A stretch of 32,000 nucleotides of DNA from Fibrobacter succinogenes subsp. succinogenes S85 (lineage in GTDB: Bacteria; Fibrobacterota; Fibrobacteria; Fibrobacterales; Fibrobacteraceae): contig NC_017448.1 in the NCBI RefSeq assembly GCF_000146505.1, positions 3,810,001 to 3,842,000 on the forward strand, given 5' to 3'. The translations under genes and the position numbers were made by a program. Of this stretch, positions 30,867 to 32,000 are shown piece by piece (the first letter of the stretch is position 1; each line of letters starts with the position of its first letter). The notes under the pieces were generated by a model. The model was given only the letters and a program-made list of their open reading frames with translations. It was not told where the DNA came from and searched no databases.

Positions 30867-32000
30867 ATGAAAAAGCCTGAACTTTTAGCACCTGCGGGTG
30901 ACCTTGTACGAATGAAGTATGCATTTGCCTATGGGGCAGATGCGGTTTATGCCGGGCAACCGGCGTTCTCGTTGCGCGCTCGCGAAAACGGTTTTAAGAA
31001 TCTTGATGACCTTGCTGAAGGCATTGCGTATGCGCATGAACATGGCAAGAAGTTCTACCTCACGAGTAACGTGATTCCTCGTAACGTGAAGGTGGAATCA
31101 TTCCAGAAGGCTTTGAATGCTGCGCTTGAACTCAAGCCGGATGCCTTGATTGTCGCAGATCCGGGCTTTGTGGGCTGGCTTTTGAAGGAACATCCAGAAA
31201 CGGAAGTTCATTTGTCTGTGCAGGCGAATACGACAAACTATCTTGCAGCTTCGTTCTGGAAAAACTTAGGCGTTCGCCGTATCATCTTGAGTCGTGAACT
31301 TCGCCTGTCTGAAATTTTAGAGATAAAGAAACAAGTTCCAGACCTTGAACTGGAAGTGTTCGTCCACGGTGCTGTTTGTATGGCCATGTCGGGTCGTTGC
31401 ATGCTTTCGAACTGGGTGACGCACCGCGATGCAAACCAGGGCGCCTGTGATAACAGCTGCCGTATGCCTTATCGCTTGTATGCGAACTCCGGTCCGCAGG
31501 TCGAGGACTATCGCGAACATGAAGGCTCTTTTGCGCTCCAGCGCACCGACCGCCCGGAGCTTGACCCGATTGCGCTCGACGAAGACACGTGGGGTACTTA
31601 CTTTATGAGTAGTCGTGACCTCTGCGCCCTGGACGTGATTCCAGAACTTGTGGCGGGCGGGCTTGACTCCTTCAAGATTGAAGGTCGTACACGCTCTGTG
31701 TACTACTTGAGCCAGGTCGTGCGCGCTTATCGCATGGCTATTGATGCCGTAGCAGAAGGCAATCCCGTACCCGAAGAAAGCCGTCGTGCGATTACCTTTG
31801 TCGATGGGCGAGGCTTTATGCCGGGATTCCTGCGCGGACCGTTACCGCAGAACTACGAAGCGACGCATGTGGATGCCGCTGGTGGCTGTGTGGCGGCCCA
31901 GATTAAGGACTTTGATGAGGCAACGGGCGCCTGCCTTGTGAACGTGAAAAATCCTTTCTCTATGGATGATACGTTGGAACTGATGACGCCCGATGGCATG
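30867..32000 (+). CDS. Peptidase U32 family protein (YegQ/TrhP-like), 3' end outside the window
   Basis: MKKPELLAPAGDL..., AVYAG...FSLRA and EVFVHGAVCMAMSGRCMLS are hallmark U32 motifs. The frame is open to the window edge. Confidence 0.85.
   Translation, partial: MKKPELLAPAGDLVRMKYAFAYGADAVYAGQPAFSLRARENGFKNLDDLAEGIAYAHEHGKKFYLTSNVIPRNVKVESFQKALNAALELKPDALIVADPGFVGWLLKEHPETEVHLSVQANTTNYLAASFWKNLGVRRIILSRELRLSEILEIKKQVPDLELEVFVHGAVCMAMSGRCMLSNWVTHRDANQGACDNSCRMPYRLYANSGPQVEDYREHEGSFALQRTDRPELDPIALDEDTWGTYFMSSRDLCALDVIPELVAGGLDSFKIEGRTRSVYYLSQVVRAYRMAIDAVAEGNPVPEESRRAITFVDGRGFMPGFLRGPLPQNYEATHVDAAGGCVAAQIKDFDEATGACLVNVKNPFSMDDTLELMTPDGM

Overview
This is a chromosomal segment with no rRNA, tRNA, CRISPR array, transposase or integrase that I can see. 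All family calls rest on motifs read by eye from the translations; no search was run. Gene content suggests a Fibrobacter-like (Fibrobacterota) genome: many lipobox lipoproteins, a DUF2723 GT-C protein and a Cthe_2159-like beta-helix lipoprotein. This taxonomic call is low-confidence inference.

The window has two compositionally different parts.

(A) About 334-7446 is a markedly AT-rich accessory island. Spot counts of single 60-nt lines give about 22-32% GC, against about 50-65% in the housekeeping part. It lies between an EamA-type transporter gene and a dxs-like gene. It carries about 9 same-strand genes, and homology suggests no function for any of them. They are lipoproteins, signal-peptide proteins, small membrane proteins, and three tandem paralogs with Asp-box (BNR) motifs, one of which is frameshifted. 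Two families of intergenic repeats are interspersed. One is a hairpin followed by a (GACTANN)x4 heptad element. The other is an approximately 85-nt element made of a TATATT box, exactly 6 nt, then a conserved ATG-initiated mini-ORF.

(B) 7447-32000 is mostly recognisable. It holds, in order:
- a divergent DXS-family enzyme, an alpha/beta hydrolase and a rhodanese
- a riboflavin operon (ribD, ribE, ribBA, ribH, nusB) interrupted by an AT-rich Cys-rich lipoprotein gene, with no recognisable FMN riboswitch
- a glycosylation cluster: a DUF2723/TMEM260-like GT-C, two polyprenyl-phosphate sugar synthase-like GT2s and a GT2-polytopic fusion
- a Trm112-like gene translationally coupled to a 964-aa TPR / hyper-acidic repeat protein (FimV/HubP-like), followed directly by pilT
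- a convergent beta-helix carbohydrate-binding lipoprotein, a divergent outer-membrane beta-barrel gene, and a partial U32 peptidase

The best candidates for something undescribed are the AT-rich exported-protein island with its repeat elements, the GT-C glycosylation cluster, and the acidic TPR protein paired with an orphan PilT.
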